From assembly GCA_964590515.1 (NCBI GenBank), contig CAZPZD010000004.1, positions 23,223 through 80,690 on the forward strand: a stretch of DNA of 57,468 bases, written 5' to 3'. The translations under genes were made by a program, and so were the position numbers. This document shows, in pieces, positions 1-9,149 of the stretch; positions within the stretch are counted from its first letter, which is position 1; each line of letters starts with the position of its first letter. This stretch comes from an uncultured Anaerolineaceae bacterium (GTDB lineage: Bacteria; Chloroflexota; Anaerolineae; Anaerolineales; E44-bin32). Under the pieces are notes generated by a model. The model did no database searches, was not told where the DNA came from, and saw only the letters and a list, made by a program, of their open reading frames with translations.

Positions 1-60
1 AAGCCGGCAGCCAAGCCGGCAGCCAAACCGGCAGCCAAACGAGCGGCCAAACGGGCGGCC
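1..60 (+). repeat. Five imperfect 12-bp coding tandem repeats (KPAA/KRAA)
   Basis: aagccggcagcc x2, aaaccggcagcc, aaacgagcggcc, aaacgggcggcc. Confidence 0.85.
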
Positions 61-150
61 GTAAAGCGGAGTGCCCCGAAGCCCTCCGGGAAGCCCCGCA
101 AGACCGCCGGGAAGTCCACGTCGCCTCGGGCGAAGAAGAAGAAGGGCTAA
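1..150 (+). CDS. rplU: 3' end of probable 50S ribosomal protein L21 with a Lys/Ala/Pro-rich, histone-H1-like tail (partial)
   Basis: Frame 1 reads [52 protein letters not shown] and ends 4 nt before rpmA. Identity rests only on the conserved rplU-rpmA synteny; the core domain is outside the window. Confidence 0.6.
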   Translation, partial: KPAAKPAAKPAAKRAAKRAAVKRSAPKPSGKPRKTAGKSTSPRAKKKKG

Positions 151-154
151 TCCA

Positions 155-424
155 ATGGCACACAAGAAAGGCGGAGGATCCACCCGCAACGGCCGAGACA
201 GCCACTCCCAGCGTCTGGGAGTCAAGCGATACGCCGGCGAATACCTGCGTTCTGGCAACATCATCATCCGCCAGCGCGGAAGTCGGATCCATCCGGGGTT
301 GAATGTCGACAAAGGCGGAGACGATACGCTCTTCGCTACGGCCGATGGCGTATTGAAGTTTGATTTCGGGCCCGGCGGGCGCAGGCGGGCCAATGTCATT
401 CCACAAACGGAGATCGTCCAGTGA
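155..424 (+). CDS. rpmA: 50S ribosomal protein L27
   Basis: [25 protein letters not shown]...IIIRQRG...GGDDTLFA signature; true start is the ATG at 155 inside the longer ORF. Confidence 0.97.
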   Translation: MAHKKGGGSTRNGRDSHSQRLGVKRYAGEYLRSGNIIIRQRGSRIHPGLNVDKGGDDTLFATADGVLKFDFGPGGRRRANVIPQTEIVQ

Positions 425-894
425 GACCAGGCATTCATCCCAATTACTTCCCGAACGCAACGGTGGTTTGTTCTTGTGGCAATACCTGGACCACCGGGTC
501 AACGATCGAGATGATTCACACCGATGTCTGTTCCAACTGTCATCCCTTCTATACCGGCGAACAGCGGATTGTCGACACCGAAGGCCAGGTTGACCGCTTC
601 TATCGGAAGCTCGAAGCCCGCCAAGGCTACCTAGAGGAGATTCGGGAGCGGGAGGTGGCGCGCACTTCGCCCTCGATCCCGATCTCCGAGTTGGAATTGG
701 GTAAGCGCGCAGAGCAGGCGCTGGCCCAGGCCGGGATTACTCAGGTCGGCCAGGCGCTTGCGCTCATGGAGCAAGGGGACCTTGCCATCTTGGCGATTGA
801 GAACTTTGGTCGCAAGAGCCTGGCCGACTTGAAGCGTCGGCTCAAAGCGCGAGGTTTCGAACTCCCCACCGCGGCAATGGAGCCGCAGGTGTAG
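421..894 (+). CDS. rpmE: 50S ribosomal protein L31 (Zn-binding type) fused to a C-terminal RNA polymerase alpha-CTD-like domain
   Basis: N-terminal [31 protein letters not shown] is L31. C-terminal [39 protein letters not shown] matches the alpha-CTD pattern. GTGA overlap with rpmA. Confidence 0.93.
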   Translation: MRPGIHPNYFPNATVVCSCGNTWTTGSTIEMIHTDVCSNCHPFYTGEQRIVDTEGQVDRFYRKLEARQGYLEEIREREVARTSPSIPISELELGKRAEQALAQAGITQVGQALALMEQGDLAILAIENFGRKSLADLKRRLKARGFELPTAAMEPQV

Positions 895-926
895 CTCACC
901 GGTCCATTCCGGCATGAAGTAGACTC

Positions 927-954
927 AAGGCAGGTGCACCCGCACCTGCCTTTT
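927..954 (+). terminator. Probable intrinsic terminator after rpmE
   Basis: 11-bp stem aaggcaggtgc/gcacctgcctt, 4-nt loop, short T run. Confidence 0.7.
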
Positions 955-977
955 CGTTCAGAGGAGAGATCAAACGG

Positions 978-1538
978 TTGACCGGTTCAATTGAAGTCAT
1001 CACCGGGTCGATGTTCAGCGGGAAGACCGATGAACTGATCCGCCGTCTGCGTCGGGCGACGATCGCCCGGCAGCAAGTTCAAGTATTTAAACCGCAGGTG
1101 GACACCCGCTATCAGTCGGACAGAGTGACCTCTCATGCCGGGGGTCAATTCGAGGCGACTCCGGTGGCCAAGGCGGACCAGATTCCGGGGCTGGTGGCAG
1201 CCGAGTCAACCGTTGTGGCATTTGATGAGGCGCAGTTCTTCGATCCGAACATCATTGAAGTGTGCCGGGAATTGGCCGATCGAGGATTGCGGGTGATTGT
1301 GGCCGGATTGGACACCGACTTCCGCGGCGACCCGTTCGGCCCGGTGCCGGTCTTGATGGCGGTTGGCGAACGGGTGGACAAGCTGCAGGCGATCTGCATG
1401 GTCTGCGGGGAGGCCGCCAGTCGGACCCAACGGCTGATTGACGGCAGGCCGGCCCGCGCCTCGGATCCGGTGATCGCGGTGGGGGCCAGCGAGCTGTACG
1501 AAGCACGCTGCCGCAAGCATCACGAGGTACCTGGATGA
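978..1538 (+). CDS. tdk: Thymidine kinase
   Basis: GSMFSGKT P-loop, [18 protein letters not shown]...YEARCRKH zinc site; GAGGAG RBS before the TTG start. Confidence 0.97.
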   Translation: MTGSIEVITGSMFSGKTDELIRRLRRATIARQQVQVFKPQVDTRYQSDRVTSHAGGQFEATPVAKADQIPGLVAAESTVVAFDEAQFFDPNIIEVCRELADRGLRVIVAGLDTDFRGDPFGPVPVLMAVGERVDKLQAICMVCGEAASRTQRLIDGRPARASDPVIAVGASELYEARCRKHHEVPG

Positions 1539-2101
1539 GAGACTATCGCGAGTTCCTGGATGAGATCCTGATTAGCGAGGAACAACTTCAATCGCGAATT
1601 CAACAGCTCGGGGTCGAGATCAGCCGGGACTACATCGATCAGGACCTCCTGCTGATTTGCGTCCTGCGGGGAGGAGTGCTCTTTCTCGCCGACCTGATGA
1701 GGAACATCAGCGTCCCGCTCAGCATCGATTTCATGGCGGTCTCCTCCTACGGTGCCGGCTCCCGGCAGTCGAAAGGCCAGGTGCGAATCTCACTGGACCT
1801 TACGACTTCGATCGAGGAGCGCAATGTCCTTTTGGTCGAAGACATTATTGACAGCGGGCACACGATCGCCTCGGTACTGGAGATGCTCAGCCTCCGTCGG
1901 CCGAGCAGCCTGCGGGTCTGCGCCCTACTCGACAAGGCCGACCGGCGGGAGGTCGTCGTCCCGATCCACTATCGGGGTTTCATCATCCCAAACAAGTTCG
2001 TCTTCGGTTACGGGCTCGACCTCGACGAATACTATCGAAATCTGCCGTTCGTCGGGGTCCTGCGGCCGGACAAAGCTTCCGAGCTTGACCAAGCTGGTTG
2101 A
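1535..2101 (+). CDS. hpt: Hypoxanthine phosphoribosyltransferase
   Basis: [23 protein letters not shown] motif, FVFGYGLD. Confidence 0.97.
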   Translation: MRDYREFLDEILISEEQLQSRIQQLGVEISRDYIDQDLLLICVLRGGVLFLADLMRNISVPLSIDFMAVSSYGAGSRQSKGQVRISLDLTTSIEERNVLLVEDIIDSGHTIASVLEMLSLRRPSSLRVCALLDKADRREVVVPIHYRGFIIPNKFVFGYGLDLDEYYRNLPFVGVLRPDKASELDQAG

Positions 2102-3575
2102 GCAGCTCATCCAACCGGAGATCCTGAGCCTACTGCTCCGGCATGCTGGGGACCGGGAGATCTGGCTGGTGGGCGGCGCACTGCGGGACCATTTCTTGGG
2201 TCGCTCCAGACCTGACCTCGATTTCGTGGTCGATCGCGAGGCGACCACCTTGGCCCGGCTGCTGTCGGACGATTTGCACGCCGGCTTCCATTCCCTGGAC
2301 GACGAACGCGATGCGGCCAGAGTCAGCCTACCCGACCAGGCTGGGACTCTCGACTTCGTCCGGAGAGCTGGATCCTCGATTGAAACCGATCTAAGGGAGC
2401 GAGACTTCACGATCAACGCGCTCGCGTTGGCACTGGTAGGCGCCGAGCGCTTGATCGACCCGTTGGGGGGCCTGCAGGACCTGAAGGACAAGCGACTGCG
2501 CCCGTGTTCAGCAGAGGCCATCGCCCGTGACCCGGTCCGCGCCCTGCGGGCCGTTCGCTTGGCGGCCGAGCTCGGGCTGCGCATGGAGCCCGAAGCGGTC
2601 GAACAGGTCCGAGCCGCGGGCGACCAGCTGGGGGGGGTTTCGGCCGAGCGAATTCGGGATGAGTTCATGAGGATGCTCGAACCGTCCATTGCCCGAACCG
2701 CAGTTCGCTTGCTGGATCATCTGGGGCTGCTCATCCGAGTCTGTCCGGAGCTCGACCAGCTCCCTGGCTCCGATCCTTCGAGTCGAGAACGTAGCCTATC
2801 GACCCTGGACCGGCTTGCGGAGCTTGTGCACCTGTTGGGTCTGCGAACAGACCGGCAACGGATTGGGAACCTGGCATTGGCCGAAGTCGCGCTCCAACTG
2901 GGAAGCTACCGGACGGGCCTCAGTGCCCACCTGGAGGGCCGGCTGCGCGGTGGGCGGCGGGTCGCCCAACTCTTGAGCCTGGCGGCGCTCTACTTGCCGA
3001 GCGAGAGTAGTTCCGAGCAGAGCGCGGCTGCGGCCGCCTCCGGATCGGCAGAGCTCGCCCTTCGGCGCGGATTGGCGTTGCGACTCAGCCGCCCGGAGGC
3101 TATTCGGATTCAGACCATCGTCCTCAACTTCCGGTGGCTTGTGAATTTTTCGACCTCCGGGCCGCCCAGCGACGGCGAGGTCTATCGTTTCTTTCGGGCC
3201 AGCGGGGAGGCCGGGATCGAGCTGGTTTTGTTGTACCTGGCAGTCTCACTGGCCGAGCTGGGTTCGGCTCCAGAGCCCGTGGAGTGGAGGTCAAGGATTG
3301 GAATCGCTCGGACCCTCTTCCAAGCCTGGTTTGAGCGCGGGGATCTGGTGGTAACACCGCGTAAGCTGATATCCGGCGATGAGCTCGCGAGTGCGTTGGG
3401 TCTGCCGGCTGGAAAGATTATCGGGGATCTGCTGGAAGCGATTCGAGAGGCCCAAGCCGAGGGCCGGGTCCACGACCGGGACTCGGCGCTTCAGTTGGCC
3501 CGAGTAGAGCTGGAATCCGACCGGGCTCGGCTGCCGATCGGGAGGCCTTCGGGCGTCACGGGTAAACCTCAGTGA
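2085..3575 (+). CDS. Class II tRNA nucleotidyltransferase, probably CC-adding type (start approximate)
   Basis: LVGGALRD..DLDF (motif A), ERDFTINA (B), DPLGGLQDL (C), RDPVRALRA (D), SAERIRDE (E). The flexible loop before motif B is missing and the HD motif is degenerate. Confidence 0.88.
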   Translation: MTKLVEQLIQPEILSLLLRHAGDREIWLVGGALRDHFLGRSRPDLDFVVDREATTLARLLSDDLHAGFHSLDDERDAARVSLPDQAGTLDFVRRAGSSIETDLRERDFTINALALALVGAERLIDPLGGLQDLKDKRLRPCSAEAIARDPVRALRAVRLAAELGLRMEPEAVEQVRAAGDQLGGVSAERIRDEFMRMLEPSIARTAVRLLDHLGLLIRVCPELDQLPGSDPSSRERSLSTLDRLAELVHLLGLRTDRQRIGNLALAEVALQLGSYRTGLSAHLEGRLRGGRRVAQLLSLAALYLPSESSSEQSAAAAASGSAELALRRGLALRLSRPEAIRIQTIVLNFRWLVNFSTSGPPSDGEVYRFFRASGEAGIELVLLYLAVSLAELGSAPEPVEWRSRIGIARTLFQAWFERGDLVVTPRKLISGDELASALGLPAGKIIGDLLEAIREAQAEGRVHDRDSALQLARVELESDRARLPIGRPSGVTGKPQ

Positions 3576-3792
3576 GGGCGGGTTCGAAGAAACAACGGCA
3601 GTGCAGCGGATGAGAACAACCAGAAGTAGGCAGTCCCGGGACCGTCGCTTTCTCGTATTCCCCTTCCTGCTCCCGGCAAGCCGGGCAGGCATCGTGAGCG
3701 ACGATAACCCGAATGCGGCTCACCCGCGGGTTGTCCCGCATTCGGGAAAGGGCTACCTCCTGGGGGCTGTCCATCGATTCAGGCGAGAACAT
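3556..3792 (-). CDS. Small Cys-rich hypothetical protein, putative Zn-binding
   Basis: 78 aa with DACPAC...GCSHPLHCRC; TACAAT -10 box 11 nt upstream of the ATG; fills the gap between the nucleotidyltransferase and dinB. Confidence 0.7.
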   Translation of the reverse strand: MFSPESMDSPQEVALSRMRDNPRVSRIRVIVAHDACPACREQEGEYEKATVPGLPTSGCSHPLHCRCFFEPALTEVYP

Positions 3793-3827
3793 GTGCGTTG
3801 CGGATTGTACACCTCAGCCGGTCCGAG

Positions 3828-4985
3828 ATGACCCGAGCCGTTCTGCACGTCGACCTTGATGCGTTTTTCTGCTCGGTAGAAGAACTGCTGGCACCTGAAC
3901 TCAAGGGGCAGGCCTTTGCTGTGGGCGGACGGCCGGAGGGGAGGGGAGTCGTGGCCTCGGCCTCCTACGCCGCTCGAAATTTCGGGGTTCGATCGGCGAT
4001 GCCGATGGCCCAGGCCGTGCGGTTGTGTCCCGGGCTGCGGATTGTCCGACCGCGGCACGGAGAGTATTCGGACCATTCAGAACGCGTGATTCAGTATTTG
4101 CGTGACTCGGTTCCGGTCGTTGAACAGATCTCGATAGACGAGGCATTCCTGGATGCGAGCGACGACCCGCGGGGAGGCTCGGGCGTGGCCAAGCAGATGC
4201 AGACCGAAATCGGCGATCGGTTTGGCCTGCCAAGTTCCTGGGGGATAGCCAGCAATAAGCTGGTCGCCAAGATCGCCACGGAAGTCGGCAAGCCCGGCGG
4301 GCTGATCGCCGTTCCCGGCGGCTCGGAGGCCCAGTTCCTCGCCCCGCTTCCGGTTGGCATGCTCTGGGGCATCGGCCCTAAGACTGAGGCCCGGCTGGCG
4401 GAGCTCGAGATTCGGACCATCGGCCAGTTGGCCCGCCTCTCGGCGGATCGGCTCGGAGCGACACTTGGAGATTGGGGCACAGAACTTGCAGTCAGGGCCC
4501 AGGGACTGGACGACCGGCCTGTCGAGGATTCCTATGAACCGCGATCGGTCTCCGCAGAGCAGACCTTTGCAAAGGATGTTTCATCCGAACCGAAACTGCG
4601 CCGCTGTTTGCTGGAATCAAGCGAAAGAGTAGGCCGGCGGTTGCGCCGAGCCGAGTTGGCCGGATCGACGGTCCGGATCAAACTGCGCTGGCCGGACTTT
4701 GCCACGATCAGCAGGCAAGTTCGGCTGGCTCAGCCAACGGACCAGGACCAGGAGATCTTTCGGGCCGCCTGGTCGCTGTTTCAGGCCAACTGGCGCCGCG
4801 GCCGGGCGGTCCGTTTGCTCGGGGTGGGCGTGTCGGATTTGGGTGCACCCCTGCGCCAGCTTGAGCTATTCGACCGGGCCTGGGAGCACGACCGGAAGCT
4901 ATTGCAAGCGATCGACCGGCTGCGGGCCAAGTATGGTTCGGATGTGTTGACCCGCGCCGGCGAGTGGGCCGCCGAACAGGAATGA
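3828..4985 (+). CDS. dinB: DNA polymerase IV (Y family)
   Basis: LHVDLDAFFCSVE, SYAARNFGV, SIDEAFLD, C-terminal little-finger domain, QLELF clamp-binding motif. Confidence 0.96.
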   Translation: MTRAVLHVDLDAFFCSVEELLAPELKGQAFAVGGRPEGRGVVASASYAARNFGVRSAMPMAQAVRLCPGLRIVRPRHGEYSDHSERVIQYLRDSVPVVEQISIDEAFLDASDDPRGGSGVAKQMQTEIGDRFGLPSSWGIASNKLVAKIATEVGKPGGLIAVPGGSEAQFLAPLPVGMLWGIGPKTEARLAELEIRTIGQLARLSADRLGATLGDWGTELAVRAQGLDDRPVEDSYEPRSVSAEQTFAKDVSSEPKLRRCLLESSERVGRRLRRAELAGSTVRIKLRWPDFATISRQVRLAQPTDQDQEIFRAAWSLFQANWRRGRAVRLLGVGVSDLGAPLRQLELFDRAWEHDRKLLQAIDRLRAKYGSDVLTRAGEWAAEQE

Positions 4986-5035
4986 GCGGAGATTACCGGC
5001 ACGAACGCCGGGCGAGGGTGCAGGATGACTGAGCA

Positions 5036-6136
5036 ATGACCCTGCTTGGCAAGGGCTACTATATCTGGCAGATCTGGAACTGCGAGGGGGGTGATCCGAG
5101 CGCGATCGCCGCCAAGGCGAAGTCCGCCGGCCTCTCGCATGTTCTAGTGAAGATCGCGGATGGGACGCTGTTGTACAACGTGGACAAGAACACCAAGCAT
5201 GACCTGGTGCCGCCGCTCATCGCCGCCTGTCGGAAGGAGGGCATCCAAGTTTGGGGCTGGCATTACATCCGTGGCAGTAACCCGATCGGAGAGGCCCGGA
5301 TCGCCGTGCAGCGTAGTCTGGAGCTGGGGGTGGATGGTTATGTCATCGATGCCGAGGGGGAATTTCAGACCGGCAAGAAGCAATCCTCCGCACGCCGCTT
5401 CATGCAGGAGCTTCGCGCGGGTCTGCCGAACCTCCCGGTGGCCCTCAGCACCTACCGCTTCCCAAAACGCCACACTCCATTCCCATTCGCCGAATTTCTA
5501 GAGGGTTGCGATTACGCCATGCCGCAGGTGTATTACGAGGAAGCTCATAATCCGGAGGCCCAACTGGAGTTGTGCGTCGAGCAATATCTTGCCCTGAACC
5601 CAGCTCGACCGATCATCCCGACTGCCCCGACCTACGGCCGCGGTAGCTGGCGGCCGACCGCGGACGAGACCACTCGGTTTCTTGCCAAGGCCAAGGAACT
5701 TGGCCTGAGCGCGGCCAACGCCTGGAGCTGGGATGTCGCCTCGCGCGATGCATACAGCGACCTGTGGGCCGCAGTGGCGGCGTTCGAGTGGCCCACCCAA
5801 CCACCGGTTGCCGACATGCCGGAGCGACTGGTCGGCCGGCTGAATGAGGGCGACATCAATTTGGTGGCAGGTCTCTACGCCGAAAATGCGGCTCATGTCA
5901 CCGGGCAGCGGATGGTATTCTCGCGGAGCGCAATCGCCGACTGGTATCGCCAGCTACTTGGTGAATTGCTCCCAGGGGGAGAATTCGCAATCACCGGAAA
6001 AGCGGGATCCGGCTCAACTCGCCATTACACGTGGACCGCCCGCAGTCCGAAGGGGCAGGTCTTGGATGGCAACGACACTCTGGGGCTCCGCGAAGAACGG
6101 ATTCAGTTCCACTTCAGCTACTTTACAATTCGCTAA
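5036..6136 (+). CDS. Glycoside-hydrolase-like TIM barrel (GH25/GH18-like DxE) with a C-terminal SnoaL/NTF2-like domain
   Basis: VLVKIADG, VWGWHY, YVIDAE, AMPQVY; C-terminal GLYAENAAHV..AIADWY is SnoaL-like. No signal peptide. Confidence 0.6.
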   Translation: MTLLGKGYYIWQIWNCEGGDPSAIAAKAKSAGLSHVLVKIADGTLLYNVDKNTKHDLVPPLIAACRKEGIQVWGWHYIRGSNPIGEARIAVQRSLELGVDGYVIDAEGEFQTGKKQSSARRFMQELRAGLPNLPVALSTYRFPKRHTPFPFAEFLEGCDYAMPQVYYEEAHNPEAQLELCVEQYLALNPARPIIPTAPTYGRGSWRPTADETTRFLAKAKELGLSAANAWSWDVASRDAYSDLWAAVAAFEWPTQPPVADMPERLVGRLNEGDINLVAGLYAENAAHVTGQRMVFSRSAIADWYRQLLGELLPGGEFAITGKAGSGSTRHYTWTARSPKGQVLDGNDTLGLREERIQFHFSYFTIR

Positions 6137-6184
6137 ACTCGGCATTCATCAACGCATGCCCTGCTGTCCAGCTCAACGGCGGCG

Positions 6185-6982
6185 ATGCTGACAAATCTCT
6201 CGATTGACCAGAGCATCGCCCTGTTCGTCGGGGTCTTGACCTTGGTGATGTTAGGCCTGATCTGGCAGGGTTACCGTCGGGTCCAGGCCGCCCAACAGCT
6301 CCCGTACTTCACCCTTCGGCAGCGCCGGCTTCGGGAAGGCTTGCGCCTGATCCTCCTGGGCACCGCGATCGGCATTCTCGGCCTGCTGACCCGCCTTTAT
6401 GGCACTCAAGCGTTTCAGGTCCTGATCACTCCAACCCCCTCACTCACTCCCACTCCCAGCTCGAGCCCGACCCCCACGGTCACAGCGACCCCTTCCATCA
6501 CGCCGACCCCTTCCATCACCATGACCCCGAGCGCGACTCTGATCCCGAGCGCGACTCCGACGCCAGCTATCCCCGACGCGCTGACGGTTCTCTTTCGCGA
6601 GACTATCACCCCAAGACCGGAAGCCGTGTTCAGTCCGCTTGAGTTCAGCCTACGATTGGATCGGCTGAACCGGGCCATCGGGGCCGCAGAGGCTTTTGAG
6701 AACCCGGTCGAGATTCTCTTCGGAGCGTTCACCTACGACGCGATGAACGATGGAGTCCGCTGGACTGCCCTTTGGTACTTCGGATCAGAGATCGTGTGTT
6801 CCGAGACCAAACCCTGGGACGGGGGGACCGGGGGTTACGGGTTCACCGAGTGTGATCCCCCCGAAGGGTTCCAGCCGGGTGAGTATGAAGTCCGAATGTT
6901 TCTGGGGGAAACCTGGAAGGTTTCGGGCCGATTCCTGATCGTCGGATCGGTCGCTCAAGCGACCGCAACCGGAACATCCTAA
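6185..6982 (+). CDS. Membrane protein with two TM helices, a Pro/Thr-rich linker and a C-terminal beta domain
   Basis: Two hydrophobic segments, TPTPS repeats, C-terminal PGEYEVRMF strand. Confidence 0.75.
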   Translation: MLTNLSIDQSIALFVGVLTLVMLGLIWQGYRRVQAAQQLPYFTLRQRRLREGLRLILLGTAIGILGLLTRLYGTQAFQVLITPTPSLTPTPSSSPTPTVTATPSITPTPSITMTPSATLIPSATPTPAIPDALTVLFRETITPRPEAVFSPLEFSLRLDRLNRAIGAAEAFENPVEILFGAFTYDAMNDGVRWTALWYFGSEIVCSETKPWDGGTGGYGFTECDPPEGFQPGEYEVRMFLGETWKVSGRFLIVGSVAQATATGTS

Positions 6983-7017
6983 CCGCCGGTCTGAAAATCG
7001 GGCCTAGGCCGTGAGGA

Positions 7018-8121
7018 TCACGGGCGGCCGTCAAGCAGAATCGCCGCTTCCATCAGCTGGACCAACGCAAGGTAGCCGCGGCGCATCGGGCGGATCTCAA
7101 TGTATTCGTGCAGGGTGTGTGCCTCGCCACCTTTGGTCAGGCCGACGCAGATTCCCGGCAACCCGCGATTGAGCGGGACGCTCGCGTCGGTCGAACCTGC
7201 TTCCAATATTCGATCGCGTTCTCCATTGAGCCGAAGTGACTCGCTCGCCGCCAGGACGAGTGGATGGTCGGTCCGCAGGTCGCCCCCGGGGCGCGAACCA
7301 ACCAGCTCGAGCCTCACCGCTACCAACTCATCTTGATGTCGACTGATGGTTTCTTGGATGCGGGCTTCGAGCTCTGCCAAGGTGCGATCAGATTCAGAAC
7401 GGAGGTCGAGCTCCAGGCTGGCCTCGTCGGCGATCGTGTTAATAGAGCGCCCGCCATTCATGATCCCGATGTTCAAGGTTGTGCGAGGCTCGCGCGGCAA
7501 TGGAATCCGAAGCAGTTGCTCTCCGAGCCGCAACAGTTTGTGCAGGGCGGAGGGGCGATCCCAGTGAATCCAGGCGTGCCCGCCCCGAGCCCGGGCCTGC
7601 AGCCGATAGCGGCGCACCGGCAGGGCCCGATGATAGATATGGCCTAATGCCATCCCCTCCAGGACCAAATAGGCCGCGACCGATTTCCCAAAGCGCTCGA
7701 CGACCTCTATCATTCCGCGTAGGTTACCCAACCCCTCCTCGCACACATTGGCAACCAACCAAATGTCGCCGGCCGGCCGTCGATCCCGGAGGTCGAACGC
7801 CAGCTCCACCAGGGCGGCCAGGGCGACCGCATTGTCGCCGACCCCTGGGCCCGTGAGCCGGGTCCGGGACCGTCGGTGAGCGAGATCGGTGGCGGGAGAG
7901 AACACGCTGTCCAGATGCGCCGACACGACCAGCGGTGGGCGACCATTGCCGGGAACTCGGACATAGAGGTTGCCGAGTGGGCTGATCTCGATTTCCCGTA
8001 GGCCTGCAGTTCGGAATTCCTTCATCAAGTAACGTGCTCGCTCCGCCTCCCCGAAGGTAGGTGCCGGGATGCCCTGCACGGTCAGCGTCCGTTGGATCCA
8101 GCGCTCCAGGTCCATGCTCAA
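7018..8121 (-). CDS. M20/M25/M40-family metallopeptidase
   Basis: SAHLDSV, GDN, CEEGLG, GGHAW, GSTDA, AHTLHE metal-ligand motifs. Confidence 0.92.
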   Translation of the reverse strand: MSMDLERWIQRTLTVQGIPAPTFGEAERARYLMKEFRTAGLREIEISPLGNLYVRVPGNGRPPLVVSAHLDSVFSPATDLAHRRSRTRLTGPGVGDNAVALAALVELAFDLRDRRPAGDIWLVANVCEEGLGNLRGMIEVVERFGKSVAAYLVLEGMALGHIYHRALPVRRYRLQARARGGHAWIHWDRPSALHKLLRLGEQLLRIPLPREPRTTLNIGIMNGGRSINTIADEASLELDLRSESDRTLAELEARIQETISRHQDELVAVRLELVGSRPGGDLRTDHPLVLAASESLRLNGERDRILEAGSTDASVPLNRGLPGICVGLTKGGEAHTLHEYIEIRPMRRGYLALVQLMEAAILLDGRP

Positions 8122-9122
8122 CTCAACCTGACCGCGGGCCGAAGAGTTTCCAGCCTGGCCTGGGCAAGGCCCGGCGCAGCGCCGAGAACGTAGAGCGGTC
8201 CGTGCCCCTCGACTGCCAGGGAAGCCGACACGTTTCCCCGCAGCCCGGCTTCAACTGCATCTCCGGTCTGTTCCAGCCCGACCAGAAATCCTCCACAGTA
8301 GGCATCGCCGGCTCCGGTGACATCGATCACTCGGGCTGGGGTGGCGGGAATGTGCCAGCGGCGTTTCGAGTTGTTGTCCCAGAGATATTGCCCGGCCGCC
8401 CCCCGCTTCACCAAGACAATCGGGCATCCAAAGCTGGCGAATTCCTCCGCCATTTCCCAGAGGCCAGGCGGACGGGGTTGGAAGAAGGAGCGGGCTTCGG
8501 CCTCGCTGGGCAAGAACGCAGAGAGGCCATTGACCAGGATGCGAAGCTTGTGCCGAAAGTCCGGCTGCATGTAGCGAATCGAAGGATCGACTGTGATCAG
8601 TCTGACGCCCGATTCCCGGAGCCGAGTGGGCAAAACGCTGTGGGTCAGATAGTCCCCCGGAGCCAGGTGGGCGCCGGCCGCGGCCTCTAGCCCGGCGGGT
8701 AGATCGCTGGGCCGAATCGCGAGCGGGCCGAATTCGTCTTGGCTATCCTGGCCTTCAGTTGAAGAGCGGTAGTCGGCCAAGCCCAACGGCAATGGGATGC
8801 CGGCTCGCAGGAAATGGGCTGCCGGATTGGTATCGACCCGTTCCTGAACTGAGAGATACTTGTAGAAAGTGCGAGTGTCCTGATGATCCGGCAGCACCCT
8901 GATCCCATCCGTATCGATTCCGGCCGCCCGGATCTGCTCTAGCCACGCAGGCGGGTAATTAGAACCCACCCGACCGACGAGGCCTACCGATCGAGACCAC
9001 ACGGCAGCACCGGCCGCGGCGTAGGGCGCGTTGCCCCCGAGCACTCTCAAGAAGGCTTGATCAGCGTGGGTGATACAATAATCTTCCCGCAGACCTCCGA
9101 AGATCAGGTATCGGGAGGGCAT
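8118..9122 (-). CDS. PfkB-family carbohydrate kinase
   Basis: GGNAPYAAAG N-terminal motif and DVTGAGDAYCGG signature; start taken at MPSRYLIF. Confidence 0.92.
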   Translation of the reverse strand: MPSRYLIFGGLREDYCITHADQAFLRVLGGNAPYAAAGAAVWSRSVGLVGRVGSNYPPAWLEQIRAAGIDTDGIRVLPDHQDTRTFYKYLSVQERVDTNPAAHFLRAGIPLPLGLADYRSSTEGQDSQDEFGPLAIRPSDLPAGLEAAAGAHLAPGDYLTHSVLPTRLRESGVRLITVDPSIRYMQPDFRHKLRILVNGLSAFLPSEAEARSFFQPRPPGLWEMAEEFASFGCPIVLVKRGAAGQYLWDNNSKRRWHIPATPARVIDVTGAGDAYCGGFLVGLEQTGDAVEAGLRGNVSASLAVEGHGPLYVLGAAPGLAQARLETLRPAVRLS

Positions 9123-9129
9123 CGGCCGA

Positions 9130-9135
9130 ATTATA
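9130..9135 (-). promoter_or_regulatory. -10 box (TATAAT) 7 nt upstream of the pfkB-family ATG; leaderless-type promoter
   Basis: attata on the + strand is TATAAT on the - strand. Confidence 0.6.
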
Positions 9136-9149
9136 CCGAGAGCACTGTG

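Noticed and set aside
1752..2084. N-terminal extension of the nucleotidyltransferase ORF
   Set aside because: Overlaps hpt in another frame and has no family similarity; typical open frame in GC-rich DNA
3786..3799. Possible LexA box (AGAAC-ATGT-GCGTT) between dinB and the small Cys protein
   Set aside because: Only one half-site matches GAAC-N4-GTTC, and no similar boxes were seen upstream of uvrB, polX or the add operon
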